This document shows, piece by piece, positions 12,710 to 24,975 of a stretch of DNA of 64,000 bases. Position numbers and translations under genes: made by a program. This DNA is from Octopus sinensis (Eukaryota). The stretch lies in assembly GCF_006345805.1 (NCBI RefSeq), contig NC_043001.1, positions 106,206,001 through 106,270,000 on the forward strand. The letters run 5' to 3'. Position 1 is the stretch's first letter. Each line of letters begins with the position of its first letter. The notes beneath the pieces were generated by a model, which was given only the letters and a program-made list of their open reading frames with translations, made no database searches and was not told the DNA's origin.

Positions 12710-13196
12710 CTTTCTACTCTAAGCACAAGGCCCAAATTTTTCTTTTCGCGCGGAGGGCAGTCGCTTACATCGACAACAGTACGCAACTGGTACTTAATTT
12801 ATCGATCCCGAAAGGATGAAAGGAAAAGTCAACCTCGGCGGAATTGAACTCAGAACGGAAAGACAGACGAAATACCCCTAAGCATTTCGCCTGGCGTGCT
12901 AACGTTTCTTATTTCTTATTTCCGACCTCGGCGGAGTTTGAACTCAGAACTTAACGGCAGACGAAGTACTTATTTCTTTACTACCCACAAGAGGCTAAAC
13001 ACGGAGGGGACAAACAAGAACAGACAAAGGGATTAAGTCGATTATATCGACTTCAGTGCGTAACTGGTACTTATCTAATCGACTCCGAAAGGATGAAAGG
13101 CCAAGTCGACCTCGGCGTAATTTGAACATAAAGATAGACGAAATACTGCTAAGCATTTCGCCCGGCGTGCTAACGTATCTGCCAGCTCGCCGCCTT
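12710..13196 (-). mobile_element. tRNA-derived SINE family B cluster (Nin/Deu-like core), dimer plus an internal partial unit
   Basis: Minus strand GGCGAGCTGGCAGA..GTTAGC (A box), GTTCAAATT (B box), core GGTCGACTTGGCCTTTCATCCTTTCGGAGTCGA..AAGTACCAG; many homologues in the window. Confidence 0.85.
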
Positions 13197-16100
13197 AATT
13201 GCAACACATTAAAAAGCTAGCAATTTATCAAATTTGAATGTGAATTTTCTTACAAGCAACTGAGATAAATATAACTGAACATAAATGTAACAGTAAGGTA
13301 TACGACTGATGACCGTATCGTTCTACTCTTTACATACCAACTTAAAGATGAAAATGAAAGTCTGCAAGCAATTACATTTGCCATTAGAGAGAATTTTTAT
13401 TTGAGTAGATTATTGTAGACAATAATTTTGTGGATTGATGGCGTGAGCGTTCTCAGCCTTAACTACTAACCTTCAGCTATCTTAATAACAATTCATTTTG
13501 AAATATCCGCGCTTGTGTGTCATTTCATTTTCATTCAAAATGCAGAATATATGCGTGCTGCCTGAGTGTGTGGTGCGTGCGTGAGCACATCTACACGTTT
13601 GGTATGTATGTTAGTTTACTTTTTGTTTACCTTTACTTTGGCCATCTTTAATCCGGTTCTATTTGTAGATGAATGGTTCTCAAAAGGTCCAAACGAAATT
13701 TTGCTGTTACAATTTTGGGGGCAACAGATTGGTTATGCTTCTACAACACACGAAATGAGAAAATATGAATCAAATTAGTCCATAGACAAAAAAAACAGTT
13801 ACGAACCACTACCTTAGATAGACATACATGTGTTTCTTCCTTTCTATTTCCTCTCCCGTTATCTGTATTTCACTCACACAAACCATCTCTCTCTTTCTTA
13901 GTTCGTAGTTTACTTGTAGCGCACAGGCATCGAATATTGTACAAGAAGCCTGCTTTCTGATTAACGGAATGTCTACACTCATAGCAACGGTTTCGCTTTT
14001 CAGTGTTATTTTACAATGGAAAGAAAAGAGTTTCACTAAATATCTGAGAGACAAGGGAGTTGACAAAATTAAAAATTCCTATATATTTTAGAGTCTGGTA
14101 ATATTAACTCAACACTCTAAACTTTTTCTTTCATTTAGCGCTTGCATTTATTATTATTCTTATACTTAATCTCTAAATAAGTTTGGATTTAGGAAAAAAA
14201 TCATTTGCTTCGATATCCTGAGATCCAACTTTGCGGTTCACATCTGCACGTGCTGATCAAAGCAGCCACGGGCACCAGAACAGCAACAAATACGTTTCAA
14301 GATCTCAAAATAAATATCCACATTGCATACCAAATGGTAACTAAAACTGGGTTTTTTTTCTGGTCCGCATTAACAACTCTATCGTCCAATTTTCAAGAAT
14401 TTTATTTACCAACCTTCAATCTGGATGCGAATATTCGAAGCACAACAGCAAATAAATACGGCATATTTTGATTTTCTTTTTCTCACAGTTAAGTCAATAT
14501 ACCCAACATAACGATTCTCAAACTTTTTTCCATTCCAATTGCGCAACAGCACCGGCAGCCGTTCAGGAAATACGAATTCGCTTTTGACTTGGACGAAGAA
14601 TTAATTCGAGTTTATACAGTACGCCGCCTTCACTCTCTTTTAACTAACCATGACCTTTCCGTGGAGACAATTTGATCAATGCTTCTCTGCAGTTCCTAAG
14701 TTATCGCGTTCATATTTTGCTTCCTTCTGGCAGCCCTTCCCATTAAATGCATTTTCTAAACAGTCTGCTAAAAGTGGACAAATGTATTTTCTTATTAATA
14801 AATTATAAATTAATCAGCAGTGCTTAACATTTATTCCCACACATGCAGATGTGAGTTATAAAAACTTCTGAGTTTCAGGCAATCTGATGAAACAAATTTT
14901 TATATATCCATGAGGTATCACATAATCAAATGCATACAAATGAGAGCATATCGATAGATAGAAAGAAAGAACGAAAGATTGGTAGATAGATATATAGGTA
15001 GGTACGTAGGTAGGTAAAGTTAAAATGGTCTAGATATTAGAAATATTCATGTAACTGAAACATTTCTGAACAGATAAATTATTATATGCTATGTAGTTTA
15101 CAGAAAATGTGAAATTTTATGGAACGAAAAACGAAAGAATAAAATGTAACATCTTGTTTCTGCTCCCTGAAATAATAAATGGCTTTTACGCCGTCAAACT
15201 CTTATTGATACTAAAAGGGTTGTCAAGGATGAGGTTTACAGGTAAGAAGTGAAAATTTCCTCAAATTCAAGTGATGGAGAATAGGCTGTATTGTGAATTG
15301 TAAAATGTCCAATTTTAAAACATAAATCATTTGCTTTGACATATCTGACGAAAGAATTGTCAGCTGGAGAATACAAAGTGAAGCTAGAGTGGTCTTTATT
15401 CACTTTCGTGCTATATGCTGTATTTACTTTCAGTTCGACTCTAAAATGTTATTTGCCAAGACACACTCGGAGATGGGGTTAGATATTCAAATTGATCAAT
15501 GAAATTGTTCTTGCAGCGTTTAAGGAGAAAGAAATAAAATGTATGACAGCAAACCGGAGGATAAAATTTTCCTACATCTACCATAACAGTGACCGAGGCA
15601 ACTGCTGCAATAAGTTCTTCTTAGCGTGAGAAGAACACACTAAAATACGAATAAACAAAGTGTTTCCTTTTCACATTTTCTAAGTGCGCGCGCGTGTGTG
15701 GGTCTGTGTGCTTGTATGTGTGTTTGTGTTTACAGTACGATTCATACACTTACTCGAAATCATATGTAAGTGCACATGCAAACATTTTTACATTTAAAAA
15801 AAATGGGTAAACATAAACATATATATGCGCGTCCTTTTCTCGTCTCAATGCTATGGCAATTTTTATGTCTTTCTGCAGGTGTGTGTGGAGGGGTGTGTCC
15901 GTGTGTGTGTCCCCGTGTTTTTGCTTGCGATTCTTTTAAGCGCAAGGAGAGGCCATCTCTAAGATTTACTCAATTTATAACTCTATGAGCGCCAGGCAGA
16001 TTATCACTGTATTCTGAGGTACTCATTTCTTTTTGGTGTAAGAATAGATATGTCACGATTAGCCAGTGAACATTTAAAAATATATATGCATATCAGAGAC

Positions 16101-16399
16101 AGAGGCAGTATTATCAGGCGGAGCCAGCGGTTGTTCTGGCACTGTTTTTTCTATACGTATATCGCAGGCGGGGAGTTGAGTCGCCACCGTCTCTAGTGGT
16201 CGAGTGTCCATTGACGAGACCAAGGCAGGTTGATATCACGTGATCTGGTGGTCTCGACGCTCGGGATGGCTGGATTTATTTCCCCACTCGAGCTCTAAGC
16301 AAGAGTGCATTTTGCACTCAAAGCCAATATGAGAGTTTCTCTCATGGTCTCTACCACACTATAACTTGTTCTAATAGAACATTCACGCTTAAATGGGGA

Positions 16400-17320
16400 T
16401 AACTATTACCTTTTGGTGTTAATACCATCTCTGTCGCTAATATATATTGAGCGGAATTTGCCATGTCATGTCCTGGAATCCAGTATTTGTCCTCCATGAA
16501 TGTTTAGTCTCATTCATAACATAAGTTTCGTTTGTCCAATCTAATCCTCATTGCATATATTGCGTATATTAAAGATTTTGAAGGGCAAGATAACTGTCCC
16601 GAATTAAATTTGTATGTTGTGTCCTCAATAAAATTGTCACAAGTCCCACAGTTACAACGGCCACCTTTTTAACTGATGGAGTTGAGTTCGCAGTTTGTAT
16701 TTTCACGTTGGTAAGGAAGTTGTTTTTAGGTATTTTGAAAGTTTTTGTCCTTTGATTATTTTGTATAATTCAAATGCTTCTTTTCATTCTTTGGTCTTTG
16801 CTCAATAACGGAATGTTCTGATGGACAATTCCGACTGTTTTCTTTTCCGGATGTGTGTTGTAATTAAAGCGAAATTTTTTTTTCTTAGTAACTGAACTGT
16901 ATTTGGTTTTTACTAATTCTTTAATGTCCACTGCTTTGGAGCCTTGTGTTCCATTCTCTATTAAAGTAGACGGATATTTTTTCTAAGTAGTACTTGTTGT
17001 AATTCTAAATTTCCGGATTGGGGACAACTGTTGAAATTCTTCTAGCCAGACAAAATGTTTGTTTTGTTACCCGTTGGGTGATATGAAGTGAAGAGTAGAT
17101 GCTGTTTAGAGACCATAGCATCGTAGCGGATGTGGGTTTTTATGTCCAAGACCTCCTTTATAATCAAATGTCTAAGAAAGGTCGCTGTTTATGGCTTAAT
17201 TCCAATCTGAACTGAATACTGTTAATGATGCTATGGAACATGAATTTGAAATGATTCAATTCGTCTGTTTTACGTCCACACAGTGAAACAGTAATCTGCA
17301 GCGTTTCCTGTTATTCCCGA
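16400..17320 (-). mobile_element. Penelope-like element relic (RT C-terminal part plus GIY-YIG endonuclease)
   Basis: Minus-strand fragments KQRPFLDI*, SKQHLLFTSYHP, LARRISTVV, then GGRCNCGTCDNFIEDTTYKFNSGQLSCPSKSLIYAI and D*IGQT..RLNIH (Cys linker plus GIY-YIG); multiple stops and frameshifts. Confidence 0.8.
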
Positions 17321-17389
17321 TATAATTTTGGACGTTGATACCGAACAATGTTTTAGATTGATCATACAACTGGAATAACAGAACTGTCA

Positions 17390-17720
17390 CCACCATCATC
17401 ATCATCTGTCGTCGACATTGTCGTTGTTGTCATCATTGTCCTTGTCTTCGTCGTTGTCATCGTCGTCGTGGTTGCCGACGTCGTCATTATTTAACGTCCT
17501 TTTTCCGTGCTGGTGTGGGTTGAACGGTTTGACAGGAGCTGCCAAGGCCGGAGGCTGCACCGAGTTCCATTGTCTGTTTCAGGATTGTTTGTACACCTGG
17601 ATGCTCTACCTAACGACAACCACTTTACAGAGTATACAGGGTACCAGCAACAGTGTTTTTTACGTGACACCAGCACTAACAGGGGCACTAAGTACCTTGC
17701 AAGTCAAAACTCTCTCACCC
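17390..17720 (-). mobile_element. SINE-like/RTE-related repeat with a (TCA/TCG)n tail
   Basis: TTTAACGTCC..TTCCGTGCTGG..GGGTTGAACGGTTTGAC and GGATGCTCTACCTAACGACAACCACTTTACAGAG resemble a recalled abundant invertebrate RTE-associated repeat; a trinucleotide tail lies at 17390-17490. Family assignment from memory only. Confidence 0.55.
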
Positions 17721-18241
17721 GGGAGGGACAGTAGAAACGAGGGGCTGTGACATTGTAATAACTGGGAGATGGACTCTTGAGGAACAGAGGGGCTTGCTTT
17801 GCTGTAATGTAGATGCATAGATACCCTAGTTGGCAAAGAAAGGAGAGTGAGTAAGATATCAAGTTAAAGTGAGCGGGAGAGATAGTAGCAGAGATGATGG
17901 CGAAGATGTGCGTGTGTTTTCATGTGCCTTTTGCCTGCATCTGTATATATACTTACCTGAATACATATCCCCACATATGAATACATACACATATAAGCAC
18001 ACATACGCGCACGCATACACACATATAGGAGGTGAACAATAAAGCAAAGCAAACACATATTTGCATACCTTCTTCACACATTCCCGTGTCTAACGGTTTC
18101 GACTGAGGAAGTGTTGTTACTATGAATTTCTCTAATGTGTCGGGTGTTGTTCAAACAGGGAAATAAATTTGTTATAGTATATGGCTCCGCATCGTATAGC
18201 AGTTCATTGTAACACGCTAGAGGCTCAGCAAACAAAATATA

Positions 18242-18620
18242 TCTCTCTCTATATAAACGGCAGTTTGTCTGTGCGTGTTTCTGTGTGTCTGTTTTCTTGT
18301 ACCCTCACCCTGACCACGGCTTTCAACCGATTCTGATGAAACTTGACACACACATAGCCCAATGTCATAATTCAAAACTAACGCAGCGAAAACTTTGAAA
18401 AGTTCCCCCAGTTCTGAAAAAAATCGATAAATTCGACATGGGGTCGAGAATCAGAAACACAAACCGCAAACTGTCTAGGGGACGCAACTCCACCTTTTTT
18501 AACTAAAAAAAAAATTTACCATTTTTTCCATCTTTTTGCTATTTTTTGGCTATAATTCTCTAAAAATGCTTTATAGTTATTTCCCTTACAAACCTGAGCA
18601 ACGCCGGGCGATACTGCTAG
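18242..18620 (+). mobile_element. Non-autonomous Helitron, copy 1
   Basis: A|TCTCTCTCTATATAAACGG...CCTGAGCAACGCCGGGCGATACTGCTAG|T: 5' TC, 3' CTAG, inserted in AT, GC hairpin about 12 nt from the end, no TSD; four copies in the window. Confidence 0.85.
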
Positions 18621-19725
18621 TCAACTATAAAACACCTTTGATAACGAGTATTGTTTTCCTGACAGAGGAGCTTAACTCTGAACCTCAATAAGAATATCTA
18701 ACTATAATTATTATTCTGGCAGCAATGGCACTTCAGTTTCTTTGGACTTCATTTTCGTTGATAATTTGAAGTGAAAAGATATTTAGGGATAAGCAACAAG
18801 TCGTTTTCAAAAACTTACACAGGTCTGCCCAGAGTTGAGTAAGATATGAGTGTGAGTGTGTGTTATTTTTGTGTGTGTGTGTGTATAATGCTAATCCATA
18901 TTCATGCCATAATCATTCGGTGATCCGAAGGGGCGATGAAACTAAGCTGTAAAACATTCTTCGGTAAGACCATCTTTTAAATTAAGTTATTAGTTTCAAC
19001 GGATAGTATCCACGTGTGCGCGCGCGCGCGTCTGTGTGTACAGATATGAGAGTTTCTATTTTGGTAAATGACCCTATAATAGTTTACATTTAATTCCAGT
19101 TTGTTTCCCAACAACCTGCCATATTTAATTACTTTTACTATCATTTGCAAATTTGAAATTTTGACTCTAATACGATTAATACGTCCCGGTTGTAAAGACA
19201 TGTGACATCGGTTATAAAATTCTTAATAAAAGGATTTTATGGGTTACATTAAAATTCTTCAATTCTGTAATCTTAGCTTAAAGTATTGCAATACGATACA
19301 GAAACATCAGATCGTTTACAGACATTTAGTCGCAGAATGCTGGCGTTTTGCCATTGCTGGCCTTTAGTGGAATTCTGGAAGAAATAAGTTCAACAAAAGT
19401 CAGGGCAAATGTAACAGATCAGACAGGTTTTACGACGTAGTTGACAAAGGAAACGATTTCTCTCTTTATATCGATGTTTCTATTGTGTTCTCTGATTTAA
19501 ACAAAGAAAGTATTTACAACTAACTCCTTTGTACCTAATGAACTTGCGATATGGTTTCGATTCTAAACTAGAGTATATTGTCTATGCATTTATGACTATA
19601 CAATTTTTTTTTTATTAATCATTGTTATGACAAGGTATTTATATTTTAGTTTTCATAGCCTTTATTGTATTGCAAAAGAAGTATTCTATGAATTTTCATA
19701 ATAAAAATACAGAACGGGTATTTGG

Positions 19726-19740
19726 CAGCGCCACCTATAG
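19726..19740 (-). promoter_or_regulatory. CTCF-like motif
   Basis: CAGCGCCACCTATAG (reverse complement CTATAGGTGGCGCTG) matches the AGRTGGCGC CTCF core; motif match only. Confidence 0.3.
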
Positions 19741-19752
19741 CCGAACAATTAT

Positions 19753-19797
19753 TCTGTGTTGATGAAGGGAAATAACCCGGAAATCGCGATACACAGA
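19753..19797 (+). ncRNA. Minimal type I hammerhead-like motif, core variant C3U
   Basis: TCTGTG-TTGATGA-A-GGG(AAATAA)CCC-G-GAAA-T(CGCG)A-TA-CACAGA: 6-bp stem I, 3-bp stem II, palindromic loop III. Confidence 0.55.
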
Positions 19798-20399
19798 TAT
19801 TGTTTTCAGCTGAGTGGGTGTGCTAGATTCCCCTGTTCGAAAATATAAGGACACAGATCGTGTCGTATAGCCAGCTGGAGACGTTGTCTCCTGGGGCTAA
19901 ATTATAGCAACTTTCGTCCTAAACCAGAACTGCCATGTTATGTTGGCAAATAATCTTTACTCCAAAAATACAGTTATTCTATTATTCTGTTATGTTTCAG
20001 CCCTAAGGCTGTGGTCATGCTGGGGCACTGCCGGTGTGATGACCTTTTAATTGACCAATTCTACGTGATTGGCTTTAGGTAAAGGAGCGGGTTCGACACT
20101 GTTGTCCTCTTTTAAGTTTCCTGCCTTTGATATTGGTTCATCTGGGATCTCGAATAGCAGTTGTAGCAATTATTTTAGCGGAAAACTGCACAATAAACAA
20201 GTATTACTGATCCAGGTAAAAACATAGTTGATGCTGAACTGTTTACTGACTACTAAGCATACAGATGCTAAAATATGTAACATCTATCCACAGATGCTAA
20301 TATACATATACAATTACTGTGCAATTTGACCTAATGCAAAAAGTATAGGTAAGGCAAGGCAAAACATCATTATATAATATGATGCACCCCCACGCCAGG

Positions 20400-20915
20400 A
20401 ATGAAATAGCTCCCAATGCTTGTAGGATGGGTGTCACTGATAGATTTCTGCGATTGGTCATTCATATTACAGTTTTCATTTTATGAAGCAATCACGGACC
20501 GGAAGGGAGTTCATTGCTTTCTAGAATGCTGTCATATGTTTTACTCTTCTAAATTTGTCCAGATTCCATTTAAAGATGAAGAGATCCTTTTCCTTTTTTA
20601 TCTGTTTTGGAACAATGTTAAATAGGGCAGGGCCTCATGAAGAAAATTAACTGTGTTGCAGTGTAGCAGTGTGTTCATCTGCTGTGATCCTGAACTGTGT
20701 AGGGGACGTATGGCCTGTGGTCCTAGCCTTGGATGAATTTTGAAGCTAATGTTGAGATTGTGTGGGCAATGCTTGCGATATATTCTGCACATCTTGCAAA
20801 TGATGTATCGTTCGTGGCAGCGGTGCAGAGATTAGAGCTTCAATGCTTTAAGACGGTCCTAGTAATCGAGATCAGTTATGCCGTTAATTCGTTTAGTGAA
20901 AGCCCTCTGGGGTGA
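20400..20915 (-). mobile_element. CR1-like LINE 3' fragment
   Basis: Minus-strand DRLKALKL*SLHRCHERYIICK and KHCPHNLNISFKIHPRLGPQAIRP align with the C-terminus of the CR1 copy near 51190-51350 (SLQRRRERYIICMMWKI, HPRLGPRAIRP). Confidence 0.8.
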
Positions 20916-21162
20916 TTCAATTTTCGAGATATTTTACATATATATATATATATATAGTTGAAATTTACATACAAACAAAAGACGAAGGCAGATGTATACA
21001 CAAGCAGATGTTAGTTTGATGCTCGGGAAGGTGAGAAAGTCTTTTACGTTTCGAACCTAAGCACTTCAAAAGAAAGAAACACCAGGAAATAAACAGAGAG
21101 AGAATAAAAATTTAAAAAACTTGTGGCGTTAGCGGTCAGTCATGGCGACTGGTTGGACAAAG

Positions 21163-21218
<56 letters not shown>

Positions 21219-21605
21219 AAAGGCAGCGAACTTGTAGAATCGTTAGCAAATGCTTAGCGGTATTTCGTCTGCCATTACGTTCTGAGTTCAAATTCCGCCG
21301 AGATCGACTTTGCTTTTCATACTTTCGGCGTCGATAAATTAAGTACCAGTTACGCTCTGGGGTCGATGTAATCGGCTTAATCCGTTTGTCTGTCCTTGTT
21401 TGTCCCTCTGTGTTTAGCCCCTTGTGGGTAGTAAAGAAATAGGTATTTCGTCCGTCTTTACATTATAAGTTCAAATTCCGCCAAGGTCAGTTTTGGTTTT
21501 CATCCTTTAGAGTCGATGAAATATGTAATGTTTGATCACTAGGGTTGGTGTAATCGACTTACTCATTTTCCTAAACTTGCAGGCATTGTGCCAAAGTTTG
21601 GAACC
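21219..21605 (+). mobile_element. SINE family B, dimeric copy
   Basis: AAGGCAGCGAACTTGTAGAATCGTTAGC...GAGTTCAAATTCCGCCGAG + core, linker ...GTGGGTAGTAAAGAAATAG, then a second headless monomer. Confidence 0.85.
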
Positions 21606-22360
21606 TGTATATAGTTCATTATGGCCTTCATTCAGAGAAATATTAGTCGGTCTCTCTTTCATTCTCCCACCTCATTTCATTACTTTTTCATAGCACTATA
21701 TTTCTACTGTCGATGGTACATTGTTATCGATATTGTGAGATAATCCATAGCCTTATTTCTCTGTGAATTATGGAAGGCGGGTTCACATTATACTTTCATA
21801 ATTACTGCATTCTAATAAAGAGCTTTGTGACACATTTTAGCGTGCACTGCATTAATTACTATCGTTGGCAAGTTGGATTCAAAAACATTTTTATCTGGCT
21901 TCTAACCATTATAGTGTTGCTGTATGATTCATAATATCATTGACACACTTCCATTACGAAGCACATTAGTTAGAAATCTTCCGCCGAAATGTAATCAGCT
22001 TCATAGATTTTCTGCCCATTTTGCATTCCAACACGATTCTCTAATTACTGAAATACAAATGCAATATCACAATTATTAGTGGAATGTTTCAAATATGAGA
22101 CTATGGATGACCAAGGGTGCAGCGCAATTATATTACAGCTTCGCAAATAATGAGGAAAACGATATTTTCTATCCTTTGGTTGTTTCTCTTTATAGAGAAT
22201 ATTTATTTATTCTCTTTAGATTATGGACACGAGCAGAAAACATTTTACAGAATTTCCTTTGTTTCTGCACCTTTTTAGAATAACATTCTCCCATATCAGC
22301 GTTGTTCCTTAGCTTGCCGTATCATTCCTGACATTTAATAAATAGTTGTACTTCTTTGTA

Positions 22361-22580
22361 AGACAGCAAGCATGCAGAATTGTTAACAGGTCGAGGAAGA
22401 TGCTTAACAGCACTTCGTCTGTCTCTAGGGTCTGAACTGAAATTCCGCTGAGATTGACATTGCCTTTCATAATTTCGGTGTCGAAAAAAAAAAGTTTCCC
22501 TAAACCCCTGCAGCAGACTTAATCGACTTGACCCCTCACCGCTCCCCAAAGAACTGCTGACCTTGTGCCAAAATTTGAAA
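22361..22580 (+). mobile_element. SINE family B, diverged monomer
   Basis: GCAGAATTGTTAAC..ATGCTTAAC..TTCGTCTGTCT..AAATTCCGC..TTGCCTTTCAT, ending CCTTGTGCCAAAATTTGAAAC. Confidence 0.7.
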
Positions 22581-22642
22581 CTAATATATAATTGTTATTC
22601 TCATGTTCCAATACGTGCATTGCAGTCAGAGAAAAATAAATA

Positions 22643-22875
22643 CAGGGTTGGCCAAAAGTCACCTGACAGTAAATCAAAACCATTTCATTCCAAGATTTAT
22701 TTATGTTTAACAACTGAATGAATTTAATAAAAGCATCTGGATATGTAACATCATGAAAATTGGTCAAACTGAAGTCCTTCTGGAGCAACACATTTTCCAA
22801 TTCGAGGCAATACAGAACTACAGATAGTATGCGTGAAATTTTGATTTACTATTGGGTGACCTTTAGCCAACCCTG
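22643..22875. mobile_element. Tc1/mariner-type MITE (233 bp)
   Basis: TA|CAGGGTTGGCCAAAAGTCACCTGACAGTAAATCAAAA ... TTTTGATTTACTATTGGGTGACCTTTAGCCAACCCTG|TA: about 37-bp imperfect TIRs with a TA TSD. Confidence 0.85.
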
Positions 22876-23221
22876 TATATTAGTAACGAATAGAAAATAA
22901 CACTTCACAAGGAGATATATAAACGTATTCGTGCGTGACATGTATAAATGTATGTTTCTATTTGTATAAAGTTATTTGTGATGTAGGTCTGGTTATAATG
23001 ATTCCTTTCCAGACCTACGCTTAGGCGTTAAGGCGGCAGAATATATAACACTTGTTAAAATTGACGAAAATTTCGTTGACATATTCTTGTTTGCCTAATG
23101 TCACCAGTTACTTCACGTATTCCATTGAAATACAACCCCTCACAAAAACTCAGGTATAAATGCACATACAGATGCATATTCAAAGAAATACACACACTCA
23201 GGCACAAGCAAATTGTATATA

Positions 23222-23284
<63 letters not shown>

Positions 23285-24242
23285 CATATGAGTACGTATA
23301 AATGATTTGATTGGTATTTTTTTAAGTACCGTTACATATTAGTTGAACCTTCACATCTTTGTATGTTCTGCAATATTCATTCTGAATATTTTTTTATTGA
23401 AATATGAAAAAGCATAAAACGTATGCACCATATTATGCGAGGTTCCCACAATAATTTATGTACGATTGTGCGAACAGCCGCATTGCCACAGCCATATTTA
23501 TATTTATTTTAAATTCAAATCTACAATTTGCTGATACATACATAAATCAGTCTCTCTCTCTCTCTCTCTCTTTCTCTCTCACTGTGTTTGTGATGTGCGT
23601 ACAATTGTATTTCTATCTGAAAGGCATGGTGTCAGCTGTTTTTATAGCTATTTATTTCCACGTATTTTCTTCAATTTATTATTATGAACTATAAAATATG
23701 AAGTTTGTTTAATATTCTCAGTATGCAAATAATAAAACCTGAAATCAATCCAGGAAATTTAATCGAATAATATTCAAACTTTAACAATAATTGACTTGAA
23801 ATACCATGATGATGTCTCTAATATCGAGGTTAGTTACGCAACACCTGGCTTTCGTTCAAATTTATCTAATTTTCAAAATGATTGCCAATACGTAAACAAG
23901 TCTTAATGATTTTATAACAATTTAAAATTTCTTGTTATTTGACCGCATATATTGTGCCAAGATTAGAAATTTGTGTTAATGGTTTTAGTCTAAATATATC
24001 AGATTTCTCCTTTTGGGGTTCACATTTTACAAATGGTTGTGACATGCAACGTTATCTAGACTAGTGAATAGTTTAGAATATTTTACGAAATGATTCAGGA
24101 TTTATTTTTCCTAAAAACTCAGTCGAAGTTTGTTGTACCGCTAAGTATATTCATATGTAATGAAATTTACTATGTATATATATATATATACTACTGGGAC
24201 ATGTCATGTTAAATATATGTTTGGACGTGCGGTTTGGGAATA

Positions 24243-24410
24243 TTGGTTTCAAACTAAGCCACAAAGCCAGCAATTTCTGGGGAGCGGGTAAGTCGATTAC
24301 ATCCACCCCAGTGCTCAACTTGTACTTAATGTATCAAACCCGAAAGGAATGAGAGGCAAAGTCGAACTCAGCGAAATTTGAACTCAGAACGTAAAAACGG
24401 ACGAAATGCC
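24243..24410 (-). mobile_element. SINE family B, 5'-truncated
   Basis: CCCGAAAGGAATGAGAGGCAAAGTCGAACTCAGCGAAATTTGAACTCAGAACG matches family B on the minus strand. Confidence 0.8.
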
Positions 24411-24682
24411 ACGGTTTGGGAATACTGAGAATCAGTTAGATTTTTCTGATTTGGCTCCTTGCTGAAGTCTAGGATTATATTTAAGCATATGGCAATTTGA
24501 AAAAGGACAACTTTAAGACATGCGCATGAAAGCTATATTCTGGATAGTAATTTGCTATCACGTGAGATTTTCGAGACATTAATGTCTCTTTAGTATTTGG
24601 TGGAGCGGTGCAAAAGAAAGAGCTTAATTAGAATTTTCGCCGAGCAAGAGTGACTGTATCTCTGCATATAAGTGCTTGTGAA

Positions 24683-24975
24683 GGCGCATCGCTTAATGGG
24701 TGGGGTAGTCGGTTATTGATTTCAAGGTCGTGAGTTCGATTCACGGTGGTGTGTTGCATCGTTGAGCTCACTCAGCTGACGAAAATAATGAGTTTTACGT
24801 GTATTTCAAGGGAGGATCATCTTTATCACATTCTATGTCACGTTGTCTCTCCCTGAGACCTGCGATAAAGGAACGTATATCTGTGGAGTGCTCAGCCACT
24901 TTCACGTTGATATTACCAATTGATTGTTCCGTTGATCAGATCAACTGGCACCCTCGCTGCCGTAACCGACGGATT
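24683..24975 (+). mobile_element. tRNA-derived SINE, family E
   Basis: GGCGCATCGCTTAATGG..GGTCGTGAGTTCGATTC (A/B boxes); the body is homologous to the minus-strand segment 44797-44917. Confidence 0.7.

Noticed and set aside
18325-18345. CTGATGA inside the Helitron copies, and other CTGANGA hits (13307, 14884, 27504, 40424, 49752)
   Set aside because: No stem II followed by GAAA and no stem I, so they are not hammerheads.
19777-19790. ETS-like CCGGAAAT and palindrome ATCGCGAT read as promoter motifs
   Set aside because: Better explained as the GAAA and stem III part of the hammerhead-like fold at 19753-19797.
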